A stretch of DNA of 64,000 nt from the NCBI GenBank assembly GCA_964016885.1, contig CAXHJY010001592.1, positions 1 through 64,000 of the forward strand, in the 5' to 3' direction. The position numbers and the translations under genes are program-made. The stretch comes from Eledone cirrhosa. Lineage: Eukaryota. The notes under the pieces were generated by a model, which saw nothing but the letters and a program-made list of their open reading frames with translations, was not told the origin of the DNA and ran no database searches. This document shows, one piece after another, positions 13,118 to 26,214 of the stretch (position 1 is its first letter; each line of letters begins with the position of its first letter).

Positions 13118-13303
13118 GTGTGTGTGTCTACTTGATGCAATATCAGTTCAGAGATTAGGAAAGCCACAAATCAAGGTAGGACTCAATATAAATTTAGATG
13201 CAGAATATTTAGCCAGTTTGAACACATGCACGTATACATATGCACATGTGTGTAGTTGTCCCTACGTAAATGACTATAATAATGATAATCGTCGATCACT
13301 ATA

Positions 13304-13500
13304 AATGTTTCTACTTTTGGCACAAGGCCAGCAATTATTTCAGTGCATTACTGGTACTTTATTTTATCGACCCCCGTAAGGATGAAAGGCAAAGTTAACC
13401 TCGGCGGGATTTGTACTCAGACCATAAAGGGGCGTAACTCTATGCTGCAAATCATGGAGTCCGACTCTCTACTGATACTGCCAATAGTTAAGTAAATCAG
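13304..13500 (-). mobile_element. tRNA-derived SINE
   Basis: Reverse complement of the family consensus. Confidence 0.85.
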
Positions 13501-14016
13501 TTAAAGTACCCAAGAAGATGGGAAAAAACTGAACATAGGCGCCAGTAGCTAGAAGTCTGAACATCCGGTTGACTAATGAAATATTGAGAAAATCGAAATT
13601 TGAAATGTAGTCGTCCCGACGAAAATGACTATAATAATAATATCGACTGCTAGAAATAATATTTGAGAAAAACGGTAGAATGTTATGTCGATACATTTTA
13701 TACAAACACATAAATAAGAAAACTGGTTGTGTGACTTGGGCAAAGTGTTTAAAAACTAAATTCTGTACAAGAGGAAGTTACTCTTCCTTCCTTCTTAAAT
13801 CATGTGGAGATAACTTTTTTCTACTGTGGACAGTTCAGTGAAATAAATGACTTGACATTTTTTACACAAAAGTAGTTTGAAGTTTCTATATTTACCTAAA
13901 AACCTTCCATCACATTTGTATGTACGATTGTTATGTTACAATCCAAACACCAGTTTAATAATTTTAATAATGAAAAATAAATACTGTTCACACACACACA
14001 ATATATATATATATAT

Positions 14017-14207
14017 AATTGTTTCTACTTTTGGCACAAGACCAGCAATTACCCAGTGCATTACTGGTACTTTATTTTATCGACCCCGTAAGGATGAAAG
14101 GCAAAGTTAACCTCGGCGGGATTTGAACTCAGAATGGCAAGGACCGTAACTCTATGCGTCAAAGCATGGCGTCCGACCCTCTACCGATACTGCCAATCCA
14201 CCGCCCT
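14017..14207 (-). mobile_element. tRNA-derived SINE, full length
   Basis: AATTGTTTCTACTTTTGGCACAAG...GATTTGAACTCAG...CCGATACTGCCAATCCACCGCCC. Confidence 0.9.
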
Positions 14208-14364
14208 ATGTTAGGTGTATAACAACAGGCAGCGCGCTGTTATATATATATATATATATACACACACAGGATGCCCCCCCCCCCCCCCAAAAAAAAAATG
14301 TATACACACTTCAACAGCATTCAAATAAATATGTATATATTTTTGGGGGACAGACAACCTGTGC

Positions 14365-14396
<32 letters not shown>

Positions 14397-15284
14397 AGTG
14401 CCCATTTTGTGGGTGGAGTATAATGAATGCTATGTAGGTGAGGCTTACACGTGTAGTAGAATTTGAATTGCAGTGAGAAGTATGGATTGTTCTTAATAGG
14501 AGCTAGAGTGATTGAGTTGGCAAATAAGAAAACTACCAATCTGAAAGAGAAGATATTTTAATGCTGGTCTTTAAAAAATCACAAAGGCTGGAAGTGCTAT
14601 AAATTCTCAAAGATCTACCGACTAATACAGAACTTTCCAATACACGGAAGCTACAAAAAGATTCAACAATAGAAACATTTAACTAATTTTTCTTATTTTT
14701 GCCCCAAGTGCTTCTTCTCTCTCTCTCGTTTTTTTTTCTTAATTATAAGACAGATATTTTCTCAACCAGCCATAGCTTACCAGCTCTACACAGATGTTTA
14801 AATTGATTAAGTGGATAAAAAGATAAAAGCAGATTTATATGTGAGATATGCGTTGGTGTGCAACGACCACATAAAATGTAGGTGTGGTTGCAAAAAATAC
14901 TGAATAGAAATTTAGAAAAAGTGTTTGTAAAAATAAATTCAATACAATGAGAGCGTGTTTGAGTTAGTCGATATCAGTCATGCGTGGGTCAGACAAAAGT
15001 TTGTAAGAAATATTCAAAGTCATTCTAGAATGAATGGATAAATACCAATACGCCTATGCTTTCTAAATTTATGTTTATATATCAATGTGCTTGATAATCA
15101 TATATATTTATATATATTGTATGAGGCAACGAAGTTTCACTTTAAAATGTCTTTATTCCATATCGAACATCGCATATGTTTCACAAATGATCGGATAGAG
15201 ATCTTTATCGATATGATAGAGCTGACTTCAGTATGGGTTTGCTTATCAGACGTATAGATTTCAGTCAAGATATTTTATATACTC

Positions 15285-15367
<83 letters not shown>

Positions 15368-15654
15368 AACAAATAACGAAACGAAATTAAATTTCGTTTC
15401 GCTTCTAACTCACTTTTGTATGACTGACACTTAAACAATTAAGTTAAAGTGTACATCCACATATGTATACGGAAGTATTAGTATGCATATAAATACACAC
15501 ATGTATACATATGTACATGTACTGAGTTTTTCACTAGACACTTTACAGTGAGTGTCAGCTAGTCTGTATGTAACCACACAGATGGACCGGGTTTTAGAGT
15601 CATACGAGTTTTCAAGGAAAAACATTTCCTCTATTCTCCAGAGGGCCAGACAGG

Positions 15655-15698
15655 AATATTGGACTAGTTTCGATGTATTACATCTCATCAGCAATATT
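15655..15698 (-). ncRNA. Type I hammerhead ribozyme
   Basis: Reverse complement of the 16489-16533 motif, with stem-loop II 1 nt shorter. Confidence 0.85.
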
Positions 15699-16122
15699 TA
15701 CCCATCTTCCGGCTTCTCTGGAGAATTGTAAAAGCACATATCGTTATATGCTTTTTCTATGAAAATTAGTAGTGGGTAGACCAATTTGCATAGAACGTGA
15801 GTTATTGTACGCACCGGTTCAGCGGAAACGATAAAAACAAATAACGAAACGAAATTAAATTTCGTTTCGCTTCTAACTCACTTTTGTATGACTGACGCTT
15901 AAACAATTAAGTTAAAGTGTACATCTACATATGTATACGGAAGTATTAGTATGCATATAAATACACACATGTATACATATGTACATGTACTGAGTTTTTC
16001 ACTAGACACTTTACAGTGAGTGTCAGCTAGTCTGTATGTAACCACACAGATGGACCGGGTTTTAGAGTCATACGAGTTTTCAAGGAAAAACATTTCCTCT
16101 ATTCTCCAGAGGGCCAGACAGG

Positions 16123-16167
16123 AATATTGGACTAGTTTCGATGTTATTACATCTCATCAGCAATATT
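16123..16167 (-). ncRNA. Type I hammerhead ribozyme
   Basis: Reverse complement of the 16489-16533 motif. Confidence 0.9.
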
Positions 16168-16488
16168 TACCCATCTTCCGGCTTCTCTGGAGAATTGTAA
16201 AAGCACATATCGTTATATGCTTTTTCTATGAAAATTAGTAGTGGGTAGACCAATTTGCATAGAACGTGAGTTATTGTACGCACCGGTTCAGCGGAAACGA
16301 TAAAAACAAATAACGAAACGAAATTAAATTTCGTTTCGCTTCTAACTCACTTTTGTATGACTGACGCTTAAACAATTAAGTTAAAGTCACGTTCTATGCA
16401 AATTGGTCTACCCACTACTAATTTTCATAGAAAAAGCATATAACGATATGTGCTTTTACAATTCTCCAGAGAAGCCGGAAGATGGGTA

Positions 16489-16533
16489 AATATTGCTGAT
16501 GAGATGTAATAACATCGAAACTAGTCCAATATT
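16489..16533 (+). ncRNA. Type I hammerhead ribozyme
   Basis: AATATTG-CTGATGA-GATGT-AATA-ACATC-GAAAC-TA-GTC-CAATATT. Canonical core, GUC triplet and palindromic helix III (ACTAGT). Confidence 0.92.
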
Positions 16534-16960
16534 CCTGTCTGGCCCTCTGGAGAATAGAGGAAATGTGTTTCCTTGAAAACTCGTATGACTCTAAAACCCG
16601 GTCCGTCTGTGTGGTTACATACAGACTAGCTGTAAACACTCACTGTAAAGTGTCTAGTGAAAAACTCAGTACATGTACATATGTATACATGTGTGTATTT
16701 ATATGCATACTAATACTTCCGTATACATATGTAGATGTACACTTTAACTTAATTGTTTAAGCGTCAGTCATACAAAAGTGAGTTAGAAGCGAAACGAAAT
16801 TTAATTTCGTTTCGTTATTTGTTTTTATCGTTTCCGCTGAACCGGTGCGTACAATAACTCACGTTCTATGCAAATTGGTCTACCCACTACTAATTTTCAT
16901 AGAAAAAGCATATAACGATATGTGCTTTTACAATTCTCCAGAGAAGCCGGAAGATGGGTA

Positions 16961-17005
16961 AATATTGCTGATGAGATGTAATAACATCGAAACTAGTCCA
17001 ATATT
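16961..17005 (+). ncRNA. Type I hammerhead ribozyme
   Basis: Identical to 16489-16533. Confidence 0.92.
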
Positions 17006-17269
17006 CCTGTCTGGCCCTCTGGAGAATAGAGGAAATGTGTTTCTTTGAAAACTCGTATGACTCTAAAACCCGGTCCGTCTGTGTGGTTACATACAGACTA
17101 GCTGACACTCACTGTAAAGTGTCTAGTGAAAAACCCAGTACATGTACATATGTATACATGTGTGTATTTATATGCATACTAATACTTCCGTATACATATG
17201 TAGATGTACACTTTAACTTAATTATATATAGTATTAAGGATACTATTTATGGTTATGTATATACTAAAA

Positions 17270-17600
17270 CTTTTTATAGTTATAATAATCTTATATAAAT
17301 AAAATACACATGCATGCCCCACGTGTAACTATTGCATACACTAACTACTTCAAACTGTCCTCTTGCATTATCTTCGTAAACTGCCGATGTTGTATTTTAA
17401 CTTTAATTTTGTTTTAATATGATTTTAATTTTTGAATATAAATTGGCATGCAAAAATATTATAATGGACGTAACCCCACCGTGCATCGATATATACATAT
17501 GTTTCTGCATGTCTCTTGTGTTGGAAAGGAGGTCATGTATGTAAACAATCATTGAAAAATTGCTCCGAAGACTCCAAACCTCGGTTTGGACGAAACTATT
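17270..17600 (+). mobile_element. Diverged pLTR fragment of the PLE family at 44866-50100, with a truncated HHR
   Basis: Shares CACATGC.TGCC.CAC, AAAGGAGGTCAT and AATTGCTCCGAAGA.TCCAAACCTCGGTTTGGA.GAAAC with 49600-49890. Confidence 0.75.
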
Positions 17601-17610
17601 GATTCATGTG

Positions 17611-17657
<47 letters not shown>

Positions 17658-17870
17658 TCCTGGAATTCAAGAAAATATTAGAACAGGAGGCCAGTTATTG
17701 CTCAGGCCAAGTGTTGAGTAAAAATAAAATTAAAACGTTTGATAGGATGAAAGTAGTAAGTTGTAACGCTAAAAATAACTCACTAACTCTCGACTAAAAA
17801 CTGCTCGACTAAGCCAGGTGTAATGAGAGAAGCTAAAAGCCCAAGGCCTCAGGAAACTACATATCTGATA

Positions 17871-18305
17871 TACTCTTGGGTCTCGAGTAATCATCTCCCT
17901 CCCCGCTTATTAATTCTTCAGATTTTTTCCAACAACACCGCTTTTATCCCCCGCACCCGCTTATTAAATTTTGCTCATCTATCTCCGGCGAAATTTTATT
18001 TTAAGTGGTAGCATTCCTGAGATAATTAATTTTCTTTAGATATAAAAGAAAACCCATTATACATGACCGAAAAAAAGTATATTACTTGAAATCCCATACG
18101 TTATATGATAAATAGGATGGTTTTGGGCGTCTCAATGTGTAAACTTAACGACTAATTCTGGTTTTTTAAAAAATCAACGGAGACAACCTAGAAAATTTAC
18201 CGATTTTCCAACCTCCCCACTTATCCCACCTCTTCTTATTCCAACTCTCCAGTTTATCAACTCCCCCGCTTATCCCCTCCCCCTATTATTTGGGACCCGA
18301 GAGTA
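17871..18305. mobile_element. Non-autonomous TIR DNA transposon (Tc1/mariner-type MITE)
   Basis: Imperfect TIRs TACTCTTGGGTCTCGAGTAAT / ATTATTTGGGACCCGAGAGTA with TA termini. Confidence 0.7.
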
Positions 18306-18548
18306 CATATATATATAAATATATATTGTGTGTGTGTGTTGAGATATATGTATCTGTGTTCGTGTCTATTCTGTCGTTATAAATGTAGCAGCTGTTCTCA
18401 ACACATAACCGAATAACAGAATATGTCTGGTTAAATCTAGTGACACAGTTTTACGTTATTGTCATAACTGTCGACGCTGTGACATTTATGCTGAAATAAA
18501 CGCAGACAATAGGGACATGTTTGTGTGTGTGGGTGTGAGTCCGTTTAT

Positions 18549-19555
18549 CTATTAGCATGTCTATCTATGGGCGCCTGGCACACTGAGTGTGCCCAGGCGC
18601 TCACCGCCCTCTGGCAGGCGGATCCGGTTGTCAGTGGAGACTCCACCGCAACATTCTATAGAGGGCTGGTACGCAGCAGGTGCGACGACGCCCTCGGAGA
18701 AGCCCTAGACATGGAGGAGGACGAACTGGCCAGCCTGTTCGGTAGGACATTCAGCCCGGGACCTATGGACAACTTCCAGAAGTCCCTGGCCTGGCAGTGC
18801 TACCGAGGGGCTTTACCCGTTCGAGAAAGGCTCTACAGACACGGGCGCCCGGGTAGGGACCCCGCCAAAAAGATCTGTCCCAGATGCGTGTGCGACGAGG
18901 AAACCGTTGCACACGCATTGGTACACTGCTCGGGCGTAGCCGATCTGTGGGGCTATGTCGAACAACTGCTGTCAAGGGTGGGACCGATCCGGTTGACCAC
19001 CGAGTCTATTGTAATGATCAAGCCGCCTCCCCCCTTCAAAGATGAAGCAGAGGCGGTGTTTCTGTGCGTAATAGCCATGGCGAAAGAGGTTGTATGGTGG
19101 ACGCGTCTGAAAGGACTGAGGTCGGGCACCTTTCTCTCTGGCCAACAACTGGTCCGTTTCTTCCGATATCATTTCGGAAGAAGGATCAGGATGGAGAGAG
19201 AGGTGCTGCACCCCAGCCGTTTCTATGAAAGATGGGTGAAAGTGGCGAGAATGGCCCGTGTGAATGGGCCTTCACTCTACATCAGACTATAGGTGAGGAA
19301 GATGAAAGACCAAGGGAGCACCCCTTCTCTGTGCTCCTGAGGAGAAGGGTTGCACACTTTTTTCGGGGGTGTGTGCGACCCCCCAAGGCGCCTCCTCTCT
19401 ATTGAGGATTTTGTTAAAAATTTTATTTTTTGTTATATCTTATTTTATTTTTATATTTTGTTATTGCCTCCTCCTTATTGAGGACGCCTTTTTGTGTAAA
19501 CTCCCCCCTTTGTACTTGTCCCACTTTTGATGCCCTAGTGGCAAATAAAAGAAAT
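18549..19555 (+). mobile_element. L1/Tx1-clade LINE 3' end (zf-RVT region plus 3' UTR), (TCTA)n flanks
   Basis: WQCYRGALPVRERL...CPRCVCDEETVAHALVHC in ORF 18525-19292, then AATAAA and (TCTA)n. A diverged 3' UTR copy lies on minus at about 54190-54435. Confidence 0.85.
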
Positions 19556-19556
19556 A

Positions 19557-19633
<77 letters not shown>

Positions 19634-19724
19634 CTCTATCAGTCTATCTATCTACACACACATTTATATATATCGATATGTCTGTCTCTTGATTTCTTTC
19701 TGCCCTCTCTGTTTATACATATGT

Positions 19725-19809
<85 letters not shown>

Positions 19810-19811
<2 letters not shown>

Positions 19812-20375
19812 AGGATGTTGACCAGTTCTCCTTTTCGGGTAGTGTTTTCGATGCTCAGAGAGTGGGAATGGTCGAGTGCAAGGCCTTTCTCCATTAAAAA
19901 AAACTTCAATTTTCTGTAATCTGACGAGCGATTGCAATACTCTTAGCAGAGTTTGCAGCCATCATGTATGCAGTGCAAGTTGAAGATCTTGCGGTACTTG
20001 TGTGATTATATAAAAGCGTCTACTAATTAGAGCCAGGAGGTCTTAGCTATATTCGTCGATTAAATGGAGGATTGAATGATCTTATTTTCCTCCTCTCTTA
20101 AGCGCAGGTGGCTTGTTCTCCATGTATACTATTTTTTCTTTAAATCCACTTTTCTCTATTCCCTTATTGTAATGGGATGTCTCTGTTGAAGATATGTTTA
20201 TTGGAGAATAAGCTAGAGATTCTTCTGGAAAGTCCCGTTTCCAAGGTTTCTAACTATAGTTATAGTTGGAATTCCTATGTATATATACCGTTTGCACATT
20301 AAGCTTCTTAGAGGCGGAGGATGGGGTGCTTACCAGTATTGAGCACCAAAATGACGTCCAGAACGTTGACTTTGG
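19810..20375 (-). pseudogene. Highly decayed PLE RT fragment
   Basis: The minus strand gives TKVNVLDVILVLNTGKHP (compare VVNFLDVTLELSTGLYKP) and FNPPFN. Confidence 0.45.
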
Positions 20376-20379
20376 TTAA

Positions 20380-20602
20380 CCCTTTAGTATTTACATTACG
20401 TTATATATATACTATTATATTATTGTGTTAAAGGCTTTATCTCACGTAATTATTCCGCATAATATAGAATCTATGGGATTTTGATATTATTTATTTTGAG
20501 AACAATACATTTACATCAGTATGAGTCACTAGTTATGACCTGTTTGAATAGAAAGAGGTGAGAAAATTCTGGTCGGATATCGACTGTTTAAATGCTAAAG
20601 GG
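20380..20602. mobile_element. piggyBac-type MITE
   Basis: TTAA|CCCTTTAGTATTTA ... TAAATGCTAAAGGG|TTAA: TIRs with a TTAA target-site duplication. Confidence 0.8.
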
Positions 20603-20924
20603 TTAAGTTAATGTTAACCGTGGTGTTTAATTTGAACTCTGAAGATCCTTACACAATTTGTTTAAACCTTTCCATCGCGTGACCGTTCACTATTTGCCCA
20701 TAGTGAACGAAAGAAAAAAAGAACACAAAACAAAAGACGACGTGATATACAAATTGAAGTTATTATGCTGATGCTAAGGAGAAGTGAAAAGGAATTGTTG
20801 GTGACATTTTAGACTATATCCTTCTCCGAAGGATGAAAAAAAATGAAGAAAAAATTAAAGATAAGAAAATAGAGAAAAAATAGGTTGAGGCAAATTGTCA
20901 TGTGTGTACATAAGGGTCACACAC

Positions 20925-20990
<66 letters not shown>

Positions 20991-21139
20991 CTATTTTTAT
21001 ACCCGTTGAGTGGGTTATGAATTTCGTATTTTTACTAACCTAAAGTACGTTTTTGACCATGAGAAATAGTCCAAGTTCAGCATATAAACTCCTGGAAACA
21101 GAAAATAATTATGGAAACGTGTGCTGGAAATAAAATGAT

Positions 21140-21256
21140 GTATATATACACACACACATACATACACACACACATGCACACCCACCCACACACAAACACA
21201 CACACGTGTTTGTGTGTATATATATATATATATGTATGCATATATATATGTATATA

Positions 21257-21321
<65 letters not shown>

Positions 21322-21455
21322 GTATATGTATGAATGTATGTATATATGTATGTATATATATATTTATGTGTATATATATGTATGTATATATACATGTATG
21401 TATATATATATATATACACATATATACATACACATATATATACACACACACAAAC

Positions 21456-21486
<31 letters not shown>

Positions 21487-21670
21487 TATATATACACATA
21501 TATACATACACACATATATATACACACACATATATATATACACACATATATATATACATACATGTATATATACATACATATATATATACACATAAATATA
21601 TATATACATACATATATATATACATTCATATATATGTATATATATATATATATATACACTTATATACATA
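21140..21670. repeat. Compound (TA)/(CA)/(TG) microsatellite
   Basis: Low-complexity run; the overlapping ORFs are artefacts. Confidence 0.95.
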
Positions 21671-22004
21671 CTACATCCTTATTTCAATATAAATGTCAGG
21701 CATGAACAAATGAAGCCATTGTTATTCAGATACAGTAATAAATTCTTATATCGCTGTTGTTATTGCTGCAGTTGGCGTCGGCATTGTCGTTTCTGGTGTT
21801 GTTATTATTGTTGTTATTGTTGTTGTTATGATATGTCATCACCCCAAACTCTCTCCCCAACCCTTCCCCCTCAACCCAGGATGCCAGTAATGTGTCGACA
21901 TTTTTACAACTGCCGTTAAAGGGTATCTCCCAGACTCTATGTGAAATATTCGAAATATCGCACCAACTGCTCGTACAGAGAGAGAGAGAGAGAGACAGAG
22001 AAAT

Positions 22005-22037
<33 letters not shown>

Positions 22038-22317
22038 GAGAAAGGGGTTGAGATACAGAGAGAAAGGGGTTGAGATAGAGAGAGGGAGGTATGATGATGA
22101 TGATGTTGTTGTGAGAGATAGAAAGAGAGGGAGACCGGGTGTGTGAGAGAGAAATGCACTGATTCGAATCCACAGAAACGCGGGCGGTGCGTGCAAAAAG
22201 AGATATATACACATATAAGCATATTATCTCTGTCCGCTCACTCCCCCACTCTCTCTCTGAATATATATATATATATATATATATAATAAATGTAATCTGA
22301 GTTTTTCGAATATTAAT

Positions 22318-22508
22318 AATTGTTTCTACTTTTGGCACAACGCCAGCAATTACCCGGTACTTTACTGGTACTTTATTTTATCGACCCCGTAAGGATGAAA
22401 AGCAAAGTTAACCTTGGCGGGATTTGAACTCAGACCATAAAGGGCCGTAACTCTTTGCTGCAAAGCATGGCGTCCGGGCCTCTACCGATACTGCTAATTC
22501 ACCGCCCT
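22318..22508 (-). mobile_element. tRNA-derived SINE
   Basis: Full-length family copy. Confidence 0.88.
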
Positions 22509-22636
22509 TATAATAATATTCTCAGATGAATAAACTCAGATTACATATATTGTATTCAGCCATGTAGAGTGGAAATTTATATATATGTATATATATATGT
22601 AAACGGTAAACAGAAATAACAGCACAAACGGTACAG

Positions 22637-22678
<42 letters not shown>

Positions 22679-23374
22679 TGTATACATACATACATACGCG
22701 CACACGTGAAATATTAATTAATCAGAGAGTGGCGTTTGCGTTACAATATTCAATTAACGTAAGTATAAGCCAAATTAAACACTCCACTACTAACTAACAG
22801 ATCCAATAGTATTGTATGGTATGGTTCCGTAACACCTGATAGAGTCGAGGGGCGCCGTACGGTGTTTCTTGGGCAATTCAAAAATGGCGGATCCCTTCCT
22901 TTTCCAGGAATGACTACAGCAGATTTCTTCTAGAGAAATATAGAAATTGAGAGAGTGTAATTGAGAAAGAGATACAGAGGAAGAATCAACTCCAGTACTA
23001 GACTGTAACTTTATTTATTGACCTAGAATGGATGAAAGGCAAAGTTGACCTCGGCGGGACTTGAACTCAGAAAGCTGAAACGGACACAGCAAAGCATTCT
23101 ATCCGACGTTTTACGCTTGATATAGTAGGAAATGAGTCTTAACGTTTGGGAAGCTTGTCCTTCATCAGAAAATAGAATGGAAAATTAAAGAGGAAATAGA
23201 AAGACAGAGGAGAGTGGGTAGTGGGAGAAACGAAAAAAAAAAGTTCTATTCAAGTCGCCATCTCTTGGAAAGCTGTTGATCTGGCATTGTTGTATAAGAA
23301 AATTTGTTGGTCCTGTAGTGTTCAGAGGAGAGAGAGAAAGAGAGATTGAGATAGATAGATAGATAGATAGATAA

Positions 23375-23455
<81 letters not shown>

Positions 23456-23743
23456 TGAAGCAACAAAGCAACAAAGATATGGACAGATTGAAATGAAAGA
23501 GAGAAACCTATTTTAGTGACCGACATTTGGAAGAGAGAGAGACTGATAAATAACAGATTGACAGATGGAGAAATAGAGAAAGAGAGAGAGACAGAGCGAG
23601 GGGTGTAGAGATTTGGATATATTAAAATAAACCAGTAAAAAAAAACAAAAAAAAACAAGAGGGACCTAGTTTAATGGCCGACATTTTGAAAGTAGTGATG
23701 TGAGTGTGACGTAACAATGGAGATTAGTAGACTAATATGAAAT

Positions 23744-24625
23744 AATTGTTTCTACATTTGGCACAAGGCCAGCAATTACCCAGTGCATTACTGGTACTTT
23801 ATTTTATCGACCCCGTAAGGATGAAAGGCAAAGTTAACCTCAGCGGGATTTGAACTCATAATGGCAAGGACCGTAACTCTATACGTCAAAGCATGGCGTC
23901 AGACCCTCTACCGATACTGCCAATCCACCGCCCTTCTAATATGAAATAATTGTTTCTACTTTTGGCACAAGGCCAGCAATTACCCAGTGCATTACTGGTA
24001 TTTTATTTTATCGACCCCGTAAGGATGAAAGGCAAAATCAACCTCGGTGGGATTTGAACTCAGATCGTAAAGGGACGTAACTATGCTGGAAAGCATGGCG
24101 TCCGACCCCCTACCGATACTGCCAATCACCTCGATGAAATAATTGTTTGTACGTTAGGCACAAGGCCAGCAATTACCCAGTGTGATTAGTTGTATAGTAC
24201 AGTTGTACAGCTGTAATTAACTCCCTTTTTTACACAGCTCATCACACATACCTTTATTATTGTGAGGGCGGTGGATTGGCAGTATCGGTAGAGGGTCTGA
24301 CGCAATGCTTTACAGCATAGAGTTACAACTCTTTATGATATGAGTTCAAATCCTGCTGAGGTTAACTTTACCTTTCATCCTTACGGGGGTCAATAAAATA
24401 AAGTACCAGTTACGTACTGAGGCTGATTCAATCGACTTTCCCTTCCCCCAAAATTGCTGGCCTTGTGCCTATATAAGAAATCATTATTATAAGGGCGGGG
24501 GATTGGCAGAATCGGTAGAGGATCGGACACCATGATTAGCAGCATAGAGTTACGGCCCTTTACTGTCCGAGTTTAAATCCCGCCGGTGTCGATAAAATAA
24601 AGTACCAGTAATGTACTGAAGTCGA
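23744..24625. mobile_element. Cluster of five tRNA-derived SINE copies
   Basis: Minus strand: about 23744-23934, 23948-24127 and 24140-24183. Plus strand: about 24265-24490 and 24492-24625. Confidence 0.85.
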
Positions 24626-24669
24626 TATATTCTATATTCCCTCTTTCTTTCTTTCTTTCTTCTCCGCTT

Positions 24670-25170
24670 ATTTATTCCTGAGAGGGTCGTGAGGACAAAG
24701 TCCTCAAACACTCCCTGCAGTGGGTCCTGTAAGAAGCAACCGTCTCCATCTAATCTGGCTGGGTCCTCAAGTATGACCAGTCAAGCTCATGGATGTTAGC
24801 CAACTATCTTGTTCGGGTTCTACCTCTGGGTTTCCTATAAAATCTGTCCAGCAATATATGTTGTTATCCAAAGGAAAGACAGTGTCAGCTTGGCACCAGT
24901 GTCATCTCTATATACACTTATTTGCCCACTTATTCCTGAGAGAGTTGTGGGGACAGAGTCCTCAAACACTCCTTCCAGTGGGTCCTGTCAGAAGCAACCA
25001 TATCCAGCTGATCCGGCTGGATCCCCAAGCGAGACCAGCTAAGCTCATGGATGTTATCCAACCATCTGGGTCTCCTGCCGGTTAGATTTGCTCGTAAAAT
25101 CTGTCCAACGATTCTTTCCTGAGACATTCTAACCACATGCCCATAGATTGGAGCTGTGATCTCTCCCCAT
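24670..25170 (-). mobile_element. Decayed LINE (RTE-like) 3' end, locally duplicated
   Basis: YGHVVRMSQERIVGQIL...GRRPRWLDNI...DRTHWKECL. The 3' end is repeated at about 24670-24860 and 24930-25110. Confidence 0.7.
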
Positions 25171-25434
25171 AAATTGCTGACCTTCTGCTTCATTACAATT
25201 AAATAAAGATACTATTACAATATCGTCACTTCCGCTTCAGATGCCAACCGCTCATCACATCCGTCGTCCTTGTCGCCTTTACAACGATATCACCGCCATC
25301 TTTTTAATCGACCTCTCAACCAACTGTTTTTTTTGTCATTGGTTTGGCTTTGTTGTTTCTTTTTATTTATTCTCTCGTGTCTTGCTGTCCTCATTCTTGT
25401 CGACGTCATCGTGGTCATGGTCCTCCTCCTCCTT

Positions 25435-25720
25435 ATCATCATCATCATCATCACCAACGCCACCGCCGCCAGCGCCACCACCACCATTATCACTACAATC
25501 ACCACAATCACCACCACCATCACTACCATCACCACTACCACCACCACCAATAGCATCACCACCACCACCACCACCACGACCACTAACAAGGGAATCCTCT
25601 TAACTCGATCTGCCAGAAATAACAACGAAATCTCTCTTAAAATAACTTTCTCAGCTGACCGAGGCTAATCATCACCGCCACCACCACCACCACCATTAAT
25701 AGCAACAACAACAACAACAA
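25435..25720. repeat. (CAT)/(CAC)/(CAA) trinucleotide low-complexity tract
   Basis: Explains the poly-T, P, H and V ORFs. Confidence 0.9.
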
Positions 25721-26109
25721 AGAAACCAACCAACTGCCTAGCCTGGCCTGGTGTCAGCCAAACTGAGAAATCCTGGTTATCTATCGTTAGTGGTGGTCAT
25801 GTTTGTACTTGTAGTTCCATTGCTGGCGCCATCAAACCATTTCCTTGATGTGGAAGTTTCATAAAAGTTCAAAGGAAGCTACAGATACTTGCTACCATAT
25901 AAGGTCTCGGTAATTCTGAAAAAACATCAAAGGGGAATCCTTCCTTCTTTTTGTCTCCCTCTCTCTCTCCCCCTCTCTCGCTATATATCCAACCATATAT
26001 GTATCTATATATTTGTCTGTCATCCTGTCTATGTATGTATGTATGTATGTATGTATGTATGTATGTATGTATGTATGTATGTATGTATGTATGTATGTAT
26101 GTATGTATG

Positions 26110-26162
<53 letters not shown>

Positions 26163-26214
26163 GTATATATGTATGTATATATATATGTATGTATATATAT
26201 ATGTATGTATGTAT

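Larger units (their letters stand above)
15366..17224. repeat. Head-to-head array of ~470-bp HHR-containing monomers (retrozyme-like): about 2.2 copies on minus and 1.8 on plus
   Basis: The period is 468 in the left arm and 472 in the right arm, with an inversion junction near 16387. The left end is in (TA)n. Confidence 0.92.

Noticed and set aside
13500-13720. RRDDY..NFDF similarity to the PLE YDKRDDF motif
   Set aside because: Too short and decayed to call without a profile search.
15366-17224. CRISPR-like array, or small ORFs repeated in each unit
   Set aside because: Units are near-identical ~470-bp monomers without unique spacers, the context is eukaryotic, and the ORFs are not conserved in the 57-kb subfamily.
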